DNA of 40,079 nucleotides from a bacterium (lineage in GTDB: Bacteria; Hinthialibacterota; Hinthialibacteria; Hinthialibacterales; Hinthialibacteraceae): positions 1-40,079 of the forward strand of contig JBHGBC010000043.1 of the NCBI GenBank assembly GCA_041946805.1, written 5' to 3'. This document shows, one piece after another, positions 30,953 to 40,079 of this stretch; position 1 is the stretch's first letter; every line of letters starts with the position of its first letter. The translations under genes were made by a program, and so were the position numbers. The notes beneath the pieces were generated by a model. It saw nothing but the letters and a program-made list of their open reading frames with translations, had not been told where the DNA came from and searched no databases.

Positions 30953-32122
30953 TTATTGGATTTCCTTGATATAAATATCTTCAAACCGGATCGCCGCCTG
31001 GCCGCCGCTGTGCAGCTGCAACGCGATCACGCCGTCCGTGTCGCGGGGATTCTCATCCACGTAGTCCACCGCCAGAAAGCCGTTCAGGTGGGTGATGACA
31101 TGGTTGTCCTTCACCCAGATCTGCATTTCGTTCCACTGCCCGATGGGGCGCATCAGTTTCTCGGCCTCGGCGTTGGGCAGAATCAGCCAGTTGCGGCCGT
31201 AACTTTCATACAATCCTCCGGTGTGCTTGCCCGGCGTGGGATCGATTTCCGCCTGCACGCCGTAGATCTTCACATCCTCCAGCCGCGAGTGATAAAACAA
31301 TCCGCTGTTCCCCGCCCCCTCGGCGTTGAATTTCAAACGCAGCACGAAATTCTTGTACGCCTTCTGCGTGGACAGGTAGCCGTATTCGTTGGTCACCGCC
31401 TTGCCCACGATCATCCCGTCTTCCACGTACCACTTTTCCTTGCCGTGCTCGACCCAGCCGTCCAGATTCTGCCCGTTGAACAAGGGCTGCCAGCCGGGGC
31501 CGTAGCCCAGGTCCTGGATGGCGATGTCCTTCCACCGCATCTTGACCGGCGGAGTCTGGCCGCTGTGGACCTGCAGGGCGATGATCCCCCGGATGGTGCG
31601 GCCGTCATGGAAATCCGCGATTTTCTGCCCGTTGAGGAACGTTTGGATGTGATCGCCGATCATCTGGACCCGGTACGTGTTCCAGTCATTGGGCTTGAGG
31701 GCCTTCTCCCCCTCCGGCGTGGGTTGGGCCAGCCACCCGCGGCCTTTTTCCTCGTACACGCCGCCCGTGTGCATGCCGGGGGTGGGATCGCATTCCGCCT
31801 GGTAGCCGTACATCTCCCCATCGATGACATGCGAACGGAACTGGATGCCCGCGTTGCCCGCCGCTTCCGGTTTGAACTGCAGGTCCAGTATGAAGTCCGA
31901 ATATTCCTTCTCGGTGACCAGCCAGCCGTAGCGGCCGTCGCCGGTCTCGCCCACGATGCATTCATCCGCCACGTACCATTTTCCCCCGCCGATTGACTTC
32001 CATCCGGAAAGATCCTTGCCGTTGAAGAGAGAAGAAATGGGAGGGACCGCGGCCTCCTCCGCTCCGTGAACCGCCATCGCCACGAAGGGAACAGCCAGCA
32101 GCACTCCAAGCAAACGTTTCAT
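30953..32122 (-). CDS. Secreted tandem DUF1080 (3-keto-disaccharide hydrolase-like) protein
   Basis: Signal peptide, then two repeats of LFNGxxLxGW...GNxGxxxxS...GxQAExD..PG.HTGG.YE..GR.WL...G.IALQ.H. SD AGGAG before ATG 32122. Confidence 0.92.
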   Translation of the reverse strand: MKRLLGVLLAVPFVAMAVHGAEEAAVPPISSLFNGKDLSGWKSIGGGKWYVADECIVGETGDGRYGWLVTEKEYSDFILDLQFKPEAAGNAGIQFRSHVIDGEMYGYQAECDPTPGMHTGGVYEEKGRGWLAQPTPEGEKALKPNDWNTYRVQMIGDHIQTFLNGQKIADFHDGRTIRGIIALQVHSGQTPPVKMRWKDIAIQDLGYGPGWQPLFNGQNLDGWVEHGKEKWYVEDGMIVGKAVTNEYGYLSTQKAYKNFVLRLKFNAEGAGNSGLFYHSRLEDVKIYGVQAEIDPTPGKHTGGLYESYGRNWLILPNAEAEKLMRPIGQWNEMQIWVKDNHVITHLNGFLAVDYVDENPRDTDGVIALQLHSGGQAAIRFEDIYIKEIQ

Positions 32123-32249
32123 GATTCGCTCCTGAATTGGGAAATGAAGAGTGTGACGCATTATATCAAACAATTCCCCGCCGCGTGACCCGGGTTAGGG
32201 GGAATATGGCCGGGAAATTCATCCGCCCGCGCTCCTCCCCGAGAACGCC

Positions 32250-35006
32250 CTACATCTCCGGCTCCGAAGCACCCGCCTCCCCGGCATTCTCCCACTCCGC
32301 CGGGTACAGGGAGACGGCGAGATTGTCGAACCAGGCCTGGGTGGGTCCGCCGCCGGGGGAATAATTGGAAACCAGAAACAACAAATCCGTTTCGTCCAGC
32401 GTGATGCCCGTGAGGCCGCAGGCCGTGATTCGGTTCTTGGGCAATACCGTGACGGCCTGGCCGCTTCCCTCCAGGGCGAACGCATGCGATCCGATCACCC
32501 GCGCCGTTTTGGGATGGATGAGATCGATCTTGACGCCCCCCGACGCGATGCCGAGATCGAACATAAACAGCACGCGCCGGCCGGCGGGCAGGTTGGCCAC
32601 CGGGTGAAACACGCGGAACATGCCGGACGCCGCCGCCGTATCAAACCGTAGCAGCGTGTCCGTCGCTTTTTCGTCGCGCTTGAACAACGACAAGGTCCCG
32701 GTTTTCCCCATCGTCCAGGGTTTGAGCGCGTCCGGATTTTCGAAATCCCATTGTTCGAGCCGGGTGTCCCGGGTTTGCGCCGGGCGCGGTTCCAGACTCA
32801 CGTTCCGGCCCGCGAACGAACCCAGGTACGCTTGCTGGTTTTGATCCTCGATCCGGACAAAGATCGTGGAGCCGGTCAGGTTCTCGGTCATCTCGAAATA
32901 CAACTGCAACGCCCCGTCCTCGGGCTCCACGGCCACGGGTTGCTCTCCTTCCGGCGGCCAGTTCCAGCCTTGGGAATGGTTGCGCGCGCCGTGGAGGTGA
33001 TCATCCGCCCAGATCGCCACCCGAGCGATCTTTTCCGGGACGGGATTCACTTGCAAATGCACATCCGCGATGCCCGGCTGCCAAAAGGAGGTATCGCGAT
33101 GAAAGGTATGAATGAAATCATGCCCGTCCTGTCCGAGTTCGGTCACTTGCAGGGGAAGGATCCCGGATTCCGTAAGACCAAACCGTTCCAGAAGCCGCTT
33201 TTGGAGGCGGTTCACCACGTCCGGATTTTCCGGGGCGATGTCTTTCAACTCCCCGGGATCGTTCCGCAAGTCATACAGCATCACCCGCCCCGAATCCCGG
33301 AAAAACACCAATTTGTACGGGTCCTGATACAGGCACTTGCGCTCTTCCCCGCGCCGGATGCCCTCGGCGATGGCTTCCGTCTTGTCATATGGCGCGCCGG
33401 AGGAGGCAAACAACGAGACAAAACTTTTCCCGGACAGTTTTTGATCAAGCGGCAAACCGGCCAACTCCAGCAAGGACGGCGCGATGTCCACCGATTCGGT
33501 CCGGTTCGGCGCCCGTTTCCCCGCCGGGATCCGGGAGGGCCCCACGCAGAGAAACGGGACATGCAGCGTGGTGTGAAACAGCGTCCGCCCATGCCCGAGG
33601 GGACGGCCATAAGGATTGATGAACTCCTCGCCGTGATCGCTGGTGACGAGCAGAAGGCTGTCTTGATACAAGCCCAGACGCTGAAGGGCGTCCACCAACC
33701 GGCCGATCTGTTCATCCACGTACGCGGTTTCACTGAGATAGGCTGCTTCATCCAGGGGGAGCCCGGGAGGCTTGATCCGCAGGTTGAACTCGCCGGGCGG
33801 TGTATAGGGATTGTGCGGATCGAGGATGTGCAGAAAGACAAACAAGGGGGCCTGTTTCGGAACGCGCTCCAGGAAAGCGATCGTTTCCTGGACGCCCGTT
33901 TGCGCAGTGGGCAGGGCGATCCGCCCCCAGGGATCGGACAATCCCACGCCCACGGCATAATCCATGTATTCATAGAATCCCCGGTGAAAGCCGTCCCGCG
34001 GGGCCAGGAGAATGTTGTTGTAAAATCCGTAAGTCAGATACCCCGCCTGCTGAAACCGTTCCGCCAGGGTCGGATATTCGCTTTTCAGGGACCGGCTGCC
34101 CACGTACTCCGGATTCGCGGCGTTGTGGCGGGAACGGAGGTACATCCGGCCGTGCTCGTGGGGATACACCCCTTGCAGAATGGAGGGGACCGAGGTTTCC
34201 GTGTGCGGCGATTGCGCGATCATGTTTTCGAAGAGCACTCCCTCCCGCGCCAGCCGGTCCAGGTGGGGAGTCACGCCGGATTTTTGCCCGTAACACCCCA
34301 GCGCGTCCGCCCGCAGCGTGTCCACCAGGATAAAAAATACGTGGGGCGGTTTTTTCCCGTCCGGGGGACGCGCCACCAGCAGGGGAGCCAGGTACAGCGG
34401 AATTTCATCCAGGCTGGGATCGAGAGAATAAAACGTCAGCACCAGCCGGATTTCCTGCCCCGCATGGGACGCGAGATCGATCACCCGGTCCACCCACAAT
34501 CCGGCGATGGGACTGAGGATCTCTTGCTGAACGGGAATCAAGGCCGCGTCCAGGATATCCAGTTGGACCACCAACGCGCCGGGCCGGATCTGCGCGTAGG
34601 CCTGTCCCACCCCCAGCGACAGGCTGGCCCCCGCGGGGATCGCGCCTTCCCACGAGAGCGCCTGGCCGGCTTTCACCATCACGGCTTCCCGGTTGCGCCC
34701 GGCGATTTCGATGGATTTCTTGTCTTTGAAGGAGGCCAGCAGATCCGTGACCGGCCGGGATTCCAGGGAAAAAGGAACCGGCGTCTGGGTCAGGGCGGAA
34801 TGGGGGGCGAAATCGATCGAACGCGTCTCGAGAACCGAGTCCTCGGCATCGCCGACATAGCCCAGGGCGCGGAGTTGTTCCGTCTCGGCCGGGGATAACT
34901 CTCCCGCTTGACCGGCTTCCACCGGCCAGGGACAGATCATGGCCAGCCAAATTACGATACATCCGGATAATTTCCAATAATACCTTCGCGGCAGTGAGTG
35001 ACGCAT
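32250..35006 (-). CDS. Secreted sulfatase-like hydrolase/transferase (alkaline phosphatase superfamily) with accessory beta-sandwich/CBM-like domains
   Basis: Signal peptide (VEA|G). HVFFILVDTLRADALGCYG...TPHLDRLAREGVLF, FLHILDPHNPY, TSDHGEEF...GHG, VDIAPSLLEL and LYDLRNDPGE. C-terminal WDFE...WFDNL CBM-like module. Confidence 0.88.
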   Translation of the reverse strand: MRHSLPRRYYWKLSGCIVIWLAMICPWPVEAGQAGELSPAETEQLRALGYVGDAEDSVLETRSIDFAPHSALTQTPVPFSLESRPVTDLLASFKDKKSIEIAGRNREAVMVKAGQALSWEGAIPAGASLSLGVGQAYAQIRPGALVVQLDILDAALIPVQQEILSPIAGLWVDRVIDLASHAGQEIRLVLTFYSLDPSLDEIPLYLAPLLVARPPDGKKPPHVFFILVDTLRADALGCYGQKSGVTPHLDRLAREGVLFENMIAQSPHTETSVPSILQGVYPHEHGRMYLRSRHNAANPEYVGSRSLKSEYPTLAERFQQAGYLTYGFYNNILLAPRDGFHRGFYEYMDYAVGVGLSDPWGRIALPTAQTGVQETIAFLERVPKQAPLFVFLHILDPHNPYTPPGEFNLRIKPPGLPLDEAAYLSETAYVDEQIGRLVDALQRLGLYQDSLLLVTSDHGEEFINPYGRPLGHGRTLFHTTLHVPFLCVGPSRIPAGKRAPNRTESVDIAPSLLELAGLPLDQKLSGKSFVSLFASSGAPYDKTEAIAEGIRRGEERKCLYQDPYKLVFFRDSGRVMLYDLRNDPGELKDIAPENPDVVNRLQKRLLERFGLTESGILPLQVTELGQDGHDFIHTFHRDTSFWQPGIADVHLQVNPVPEKIARVAIWADDHLHGARNHSQGWNWPPEGEQPVAVEPEDGALQLYFEMTENLTGSTIFVRIEDQNQQAYLGSFAGRNVSLEPRPAQTRDTRLEQWDFENPDALKPWTMGKTGTLSLFKRDEKATDTLLRFDTAAASGMFRVFHPVANLPAGRRVLFMFDLGIASGGVKIDLIHPKTARVIGSHAFALEGSGQAVTVLPKNRITACGLTGITLDETDLLFLVSNYSPGGGPTQAWFDNLAVSLYPAEWENAGEAGASEPEM

Positions 35007-35457
35007 TGGATCTTCCTAGAAAGGATCGTATGGATCGCGATTCACGATTGGCTGACTTGCGAAACTATTTTTTCATGCCCATGAAGCGTTTTAAATTAGC
35101 CCAGGCCTTCCACCCTGGGAACCCTGGGGTATTCATCGGCGCGGGTTTTCATTTTTTCTTCCTCTTTTCATGGTGTAAGAAGAGGACTGTATAGATAGAG
35201 CAGGTCCGTATGCAGCGTATTATCCATTAAAATCCGCCCCAACCGGGTAATCCTGCTCTGCTTGCTTCAGGCCCGCTCCCGAAGGATTCGGGCCAGTCTT
35301 GGAAATGTGGATTGCACTTCCCCCCGCCCATGCCCCGGCGGGAGATCCTTAAATCAGCACGGTGCAAAATCCATGAAGTAAATCTACCGATGCCAACCTC
35401 TGCGGGCGTTCCCCTCGCACCGGTTCCGCTTAACCACCTATCTTCCCCCGCCGTTCG

Positions 35458-35487
35458 TTGACATTCCCCCCTTCATGATGCCAAAAT
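35458..35487 (+). promoter_or_regulatory. Candidate sigma70 promoter for the Fe-ADH/ALDH/GS operon
   Basis: TTGACA-18 nt-CAAAAT with a TG extension, about 150 nt upstream of GTG 35636. Confidence 0.45.
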
Positions 35488-35635
35488 AGTAAGATTTTTT
35501 GTCGCTCTTGCGGTCTTCTGGATTCCATTGGAAAATACCGTCCCATGTCACAAATCCGTACCTTCCGTATCTAATCCCGCGCTCCCATCGAGACGTGCGT
35601 GGTGTTGGCGGAATCCTTAGCGAGGAGAACCACAC

Positions 35636-36802
35636 GTGTTCAAGGACATCACCCGTTTTTCCTTTCCCACTACCATTGTCTTCGGCCCGGGGGCGATTGG
35701 ATCGCTGCCGGATTGCCTTTCCGAAACCGGCATCCAGAAGCCCCTCCTCGTGACCGATCCGGGCCTGGTGAAAACCGCCGCGTTTGCCAAAGCCCGGGAA
35801 GCCTTGAAGAACGCTCATCCCCACGTATCGATCTTCTCCGGCGTGCATCCCAACCCGGTGGAAAACGATGTCGAACAAGCCGGGGCCCAATTCCGGAACG
35901 ACGGGTGTGACGGCGTCATCGGCCTGGGCGGCGGCAGCGCCCTCGACGTGGCCAAGGCGGTGGCGGTCCGCGTGACGCACGAGGGCCCCTTGGCCCGCTA
36001 CGAGGCCCAAACCGGCGGATACAAGCTGATCACCGGACCCGTGCCGCCGGTCATCGCCATCCCCACCACCGCGGGAACCGGCAGCGAGGTAGGCCGCTCG
36101 GCGGTCATCACCATCCCCGCCCTGGGCCGCAAGATCGTCATTTTCAGCCCATTGCTCATGCCCAAGCGCGCGATCGAAGATCCCGAACTGACGGTCAGCC
36201 TGCCCCCGCTGCTCACGGCCGCCACGGGCATGGACGCCTTCACTCACAATCTCGAATCGCTGACCTGCCCGTCGTTTCATCCCCTTTGCGACGCCGTGGC
36301 CCTGGGCGGCCTCGAGCTGGTCATCCAATACCTGGAACGGGCCGTGAAGAACGGCCTCGACCTGGAGGCGCGCGGCTACATGATGATCGCCGCCAGCATG
36401 GGCGCGATGGCTTTCCAGAAAGACCTGGGCGCGGCCCATTCCCTCGCGCATCCCCTCTCGGCCGAATACGGCCTGCAGCACGGGATGGCCAACGCCATTT
36501 GCCTGCCGGCGGTCATGCGTTTCAACCGCGAAGCGGCGGCGAAGGAGTACGCGCGGGTGGCGGCCCTCTTCGGCGTCAACACCCATGGCATGGCCGATGG
36601 GGACGCGGCGGACCGCGCCGTCGAAGCCGTCGCCGCCCTCAACCAACGCATTGGCATTCCCGCCCGGCTGCGGGAGGCTGGAGTCCCGGAAGAGGGGCTG
36701 GAGAAACTCGCGGACAAAGCCTTCGAGGACTCGTGCCACCTGACCAATCCGCGCCCCTGTACCCGGGAGGACTTGCTGCGCCTCTACCGGGAATGCTGGT
36801 GA
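35636..36802 (+). CDS. Iron-containing alcohol dehydrogenase
   Basis: LLVTDPG, VHPNP, GLGGGSALDVAK, IPTTAGTGSE, GMDAFTHNLE and metal His in AHSLAH...HG. GTG start after SD GAGGAG. Confidence 0.95.
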   Translation: MFKDITRFSFPTTIVFGPGAIGSLPDCLSETGIQKPLLVTDPGLVKTAAFAKAREALKNAHPHVSIFSGVHPNPVENDVEQAGAQFRNDGCDGVIGLGGGSALDVAKAVAVRVTHEGPLARYEAQTGGYKLITGPVPPVIAIPTTAGTGSEVGRSAVITIPALGRKIVIFSPLLMPKRAIEDPELTVSLPPLLTAATGMDAFTHNLESLTCPSFHPLCDAVALGGLELVIQYLERAVKNGLDLEARGYMMIAASMGAMAFQKDLGAAHSLAHPLSAEYGLQHGMANAICLPAVMRFNREAAAKEYARVAALFGVNTHGMADGDAADRAVEAVAALNQRIGIPARLREAGVPEEGLEKLADKAFEDSCHLTNPRPCTREDLLRLYRECW

Positions 36803-36813
36803 TTTTGTAATTC

Positions 36814-36894
36814 CCCTCTCCCTCTGGGAGAGGGTTTGGGTGAGGGAAAAAAGTCCCGGATGCAGGGCAGGAGCACGTGGCAACGCGCCCCTGC
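36814..36894. repeat. BoxC-like element plus GTAG-type-like REP hairpin in intra-operon spacer
   Basis: CCCTCTCCCTCTGGGAGAGGG (identical to 30651-30671) followed by TTTGGGTGAGGG. CACGTGGCAACGCGC (36874-36888) is the exact reverse complement of 30764-30778. Confidence 0.7.
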
Positions 36895-36963
36895 AACAAG
36901 CAGCGCAACCCATCATCTTTAGGGAATTGAATTCTATAACTCCCCAGGAAGCGAGACCGAACC

Positions 36964-38409
36964 ATGCAAATCCATGAGTTGTTGATCGGAGGGAAATGGA
37001 CGCCCGCCCAATCCGGCGAGACCTTCGAGGCCATCAATCCCGCGCTCACCGAACCCATCGCGCGCGTGGCCAAGGCCGGCGCCGCCGACGTGGACGCCGC
37101 GGTGCAGGCCGCCCGGAAAGCCTTCGATGAAGGCCCCTGGCCCAACATGCTGGCCTCGCAGCGGGCCGCCGTGCTCTTCAAGTTCGCCAACCTGATCCGG
37201 GAGCATGCCGAGGAAATCGCTCAGACCGAATCGCGCAACGTGGGCAAACCGATCAGCGATTCGCGCGACGAAGTGGGCGCCGGGGCGTATTGCTTCGAAT
37301 ACTACGCCGGGGCGATCACGAAATATTTCGGCGAAACCATCCCCGTTTCGAAACCCGGCCTCGATTACACCCTCCGGGTCCCCTGCGGCGTGGTGGCCGC
37401 CATCGTCCCGTGGAACTTCCCCTTCGCCATGGCCTGCTGGAAGGTGGCCCCCGCCCTGGTGACCGGCAACGCCGTGATCCTCAAGCCCGCCAGCTACACT
37501 CCGCTCTCCGCCTTGTGGCTCGGACGACTCGCCCTGGAAGCCGGAATCCCCGAGGGCGTGTTCAATCTCATCACCGGGCCCGGCTCCACGGCCGGCAACG
37601 CCCTGGTGGCCCATCCCGGCGTCGATAAGATTTCCTTCACCGGCGAAACCGCCACCGGCGCCCAGATCATGAAACAGGCCGCCGAGGACATCAAACGCAT
37701 CTCCCTCGAACTGGGCGGCAAATCGCCCAACATCGTCTTCGCCGACGCGGATGTCGAGCACGCGGCCCGCAATTCGGTCCTGGGCGTATTCGGCAACTGC
37801 GGGCAGGATTGCTGCGCCCGCAGCCGCGCCTTCGTCGAACAATCCGTCTACGATCAATTCGTCGAGGCGTTCATCGGCCAGACCCGCCAGACGATCGTCG
37901 GCGATCCCCTCGATCCCGCCACGCAGATCGGCCCGATGGTCTCCCTGCATCAACGCGACCATGTCCGCCAGTACATTCAACTCGGCCAACAGGAAGGGGC
38001 CACGCTGGCCTACGGCGGCGAAATCCTCACGGACGGCCTCTACGCCAAGGGCGCATATATCCGCCCTGCCGTGTTCACCCACGCCACCAACGAGATGCGC
38101 ATTTCCCAGGAAGAGATCTTCGGCCCCGTCCTCAACGTGATCCCCTTCACGGAGGAAGACGAGATGATCCGCCAGGTCAACGCCACCCGCTACGGCCTCT
38201 CCGGCTCGCTGTGGACCAACAACCTCTCCCGCGCCCTGCGGGTCGCCCGCCGGATCCGTTCCGGCGTGCTGGGCGTCAACAGCAGCTCCAGCGTCTTTAT
38301 CGAGGCCCCCTTCGGCGGATTCAAGCAAAGCGGCCTCGGGCGGGACCTGGGGATGGCCGGCCTGAACAATTTCACGGAACTCAAAAACATCTTCATCTTT
38401 CTCGGGTGA
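36964..38409 (+). CDS. NAD(P)-dependent aldehyde dehydrogenase
   Basis: IVPWNFP, KPASYTP, FTGET, LELGGKSP, NCGQDCCA (catalytic Cys), EEIFGPV and PFGGFKQSG. Confidence 0.96.
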   Translation: MQIHELLIGGKWTPAQSGETFEAINPALTEPIARVAKAGAADVDAAVQAARKAFDEGPWPNMLASQRAAVLFKFANLIREHAEEIAQTESRNVGKPISDSRDEVGAGAYCFEYYAGAITKYFGETIPVSKPGLDYTLRVPCGVVAAIVPWNFPFAMACWKVAPALVTGNAVILKPASYTPLSALWLGRLALEAGIPEGVFNLITGPGSTAGNALVAHPGVDKISFTGETATGAQIMKQAAEDIKRISLELGGKSPNIVFADADVEHAARNSVLGVFGNCGQDCCARSRAFVEQSVYDQFVEAFIGQTRQTIVGDPLDPATQIGPMVSLHQRDHVRQYIQLGQQEGATLAYGGEILTDGLYAKGAYIRPAVFTHATNEMRISQEEIFGPVLNVIPFTEEDEMIRQVNATRYGLSGSLWTNNLSRALRVARRIRSGVLGVNSSSSVFIEAPFGGFKQSGLGRDLGMAGLNNFTELKNIFIFLG

Positions 38410-38416
38410 TGAACCT

Positions 38417-39787
38417 ATGCGATCCGCATTCACGATGGAATGGCTGCGCCAGCAAATCGCGGAGGGGACCATCGACACCGTCCTGGTGGCTTTCCCCGAT
38501 CAGTTCGGGCGGTTGATGGGCAAACGGTGCACGGGATCGTACTTTCTGGAACGGCTCGTGGATTCGGGCGTGGAGTTTTGCAATTACCTGCTCACGACCG
38601 ATCTGGACATGAATCCCCTGCCCGGATTTGAAATGAGCAGCTGGGAAAAAGGCTACGGCGATTTCCACGGCGCCCTCGACCTGAATACCCTGCGCCCCCT
38701 CCAGTGGCTGAACCACACCGCCCTGGTGCTCGCCGATCTGACCTGGGAAAACGGCGCGCCGGTCGCGCAATCACCCCGCGCCATCCTCCGCCGCCAAGTC
38801 GAACGCGCCCGGGAACTGGGCCTGGACCCCCTCATGGGCTCCGAACTGGAGTTCTACCTCTTCCTCGAAACCGTGGAGGAACTCGGGGCCCCGGAACGGG
38901 GTTACAAGGATCCCGAGCCGTCCAGCCATTACGCCATCGATTACCACCTCCTCGCCACTACCCGGGACGAGCCGGTGATCCGCGATATCCGCAACCGCAT
39001 GACCGAAAGCGGCATCCCCGTCGAATTCAGCAAGGGCGAATGGGGCAAAGGCCAGCACGAAATCAACCTGCGCTACTGCGATGCCCTGGAAATGGCCGAC
39101 CGCCACGCCATCTACAAGAACGGGGTCAAGGAAATCGCCTGGCGGCACGGCGATTCGGTCACCTTCATGGCCAAATACGACGGCCGCGCCGCGGGCTCCG
39201 GCTTTCACATCCATACCAGCGCCGCCTCTCCGGACGGCGCGAACAATTTGTTCTGGGATCCGGCGAACCATCGGGGATCGGCCCTGTTCCGGCACTTCCT
39301 GGGCGGCCTGCTGCGCTACACCGCCGATTTCTTCCTCTTTTTCGCGCCTACCATCAATTCCTACAAGCGCTACCAGGAGGCCTCCTTCGCCCCCACCCGC
39401 CTGGTTTGGAGCGGGGACAACCGCACCGCCGGCTTCCGCGTCATCGGACACGGCCCCTCGTTCCGCATTGAAAACCGTCTGCCGGGGGCGGACGCCAATC
39501 CCTATCTCGCCTTCGCCGCCACCATCGCCGCGGGCCTGGCCGGCATCGAGGAACAACTGGATGGCGGCGATCCCTACCGCGGCAACGCCTACCTGGACGC
39601 CTCCCTGCCCCAGATCCCCCTGAATCTGATCCAGGCCGCGGATTTGTTTGGTCAAAGCGCCATGGCCAAAAAAGCCTTCGGCGGGGACGTGGTGAACCAT
39701 TACGTCCACCTGGCGCGCCTGGAAAACCAAGCCTACGGCGCGGCCGTCACGGACTGGGAACGCAAACGCTATTTCGACCGGATCTGA
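38417..39787 (+). CDS. Glutamine synthetase-like gamma-glutamyl-amine ligase (GlnA4/PuuA-like)
   Basis: IDTVLVAFPDQFGRLMGKR, SSWEKGYGD, GSELEFYLF, GEWGKGQHEIN, VTFMAKY...GSGFHIH, NSYKRY..SFAPT...DNRTAGFR, ENRLPGADANPY and VTDWE..RYF. Confidence 0.9.
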   Translation: MRSAFTMEWLRQQIAEGTIDTVLVAFPDQFGRLMGKRCTGSYFLERLVDSGVEFCNYLLTTDLDMNPLPGFEMSSWEKGYGDFHGALDLNTLRPLQWLNHTALVLADLTWENGAPVAQSPRAILRRQVERARELGLDPLMGSELEFYLFLETVEELGAPERGYKDPEPSSHYAIDYHLLATTRDEPVIRDIRNRMTESGIPVEFSKGEWGKGQHEINLRYCDALEMADRHAIYKNGVKEIAWRHGDSVTFMAKYDGRAAGSGFHIHTSAASPDGANNLFWDPANHRGSALFRHFLGGLLRYTADFFLFFAPTINSYKRYQEASFAPTRLVWSGDNRTAGFRVIGHGPSFRIENRLPGADANPYLAFAATIAAGLAGIEEQLDGGDPYRGNAYLDASLPQIPLNLIQAADLFGQSAMAKKAFGGDVVNHYVHLARLENQAYGAAVTDWERKRYFDRI

Positions 39788-40048
39788 TGGATTTGGTCCC
39801 GCCGCGCAAGTCAATTCAGTAAAACCGGGCCCATCCCGCGCCCGCCCGGTCATCCTCTTCATTCCGGCCATCCTGAATCCGGCCATTCCCCCTGCTCCTC
39901 TTTTCCTGCCGCCGGGAGAAATCCTCCCTTCCCTGGGAGCGCCCTCTCATCCGTGCCTTTACAATCCGCTTTGGGGACTGGACACCCTTTTATAAAATTA
40001 TTAAAATTCATAATCCCATATTTTTTATTATATAACCGGGGAAAGACC

Positions 40049-40079
40049 ATGAAACTTTTATTCCGCTACCGCCGGCCTT
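40049..40079 (+). CDS. Possible start of next gene (partial, MKLLFRYRRP...)
   Basis: ATG preceded by GGGGAAAG and an AT-rich promoter-like region. Too short to verify. Confidence 0.3.
   Translation, partial: MKLLFRYRRP

Noticed and set aside
35200..35218. CAGGTCCGTATGCAGC resembling the SRP RNA helix-8 motif
   Set aside because: It lacks the GGAA tetraloop/GGAAG part and the long flanking helix.

Overview
High-GC bacterial chromosomal window, mostly housekeeping and catabolic genes. In order: (1) the 5' 955 codons of a very large secreted, probably Ig-repeat surface protein on the minus strand. The ORF track missed it because it runs off the window. It has candidate sigma70 and sigma54 promoters. 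(2) An SBP lipoprotein, a TPR protein, a secreted GH-like protein, an MDR dehydrogenase and a STAS protein. (3) An integrase-less restriction-modification island at the 3' end of tRNA-Cys(GCA). It holds a Type IIG/ISP-like single-chain RM gene, an AT-rich Type II MTase plus an REase with one in-frame TGA, and a GC-rich 3' remnant of a closely related MTase, which suggests cassette replacement. (4) hom, apgM-like, ask (with an internal beta-subunit start), an S8 protease with apparently nested PA domains, cimA and an FAD oxidoreductase. (5) An acidic small protein, a UbiA/DPPR synthase, a GNAT, a Tat-exported Gfo/Idh/MocA protein convergent with a tandem DUF1080 protein across a mosaic of REP-like palindromes, and a non-canonical sulfatase-like protein. 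(6) An Fe-ADH/ALDH/GS-like gamma-glutamylation operon. No CRISPR array, rRNA, integrase or transposase was seen. All family calls come from motif recognition, not database searches.
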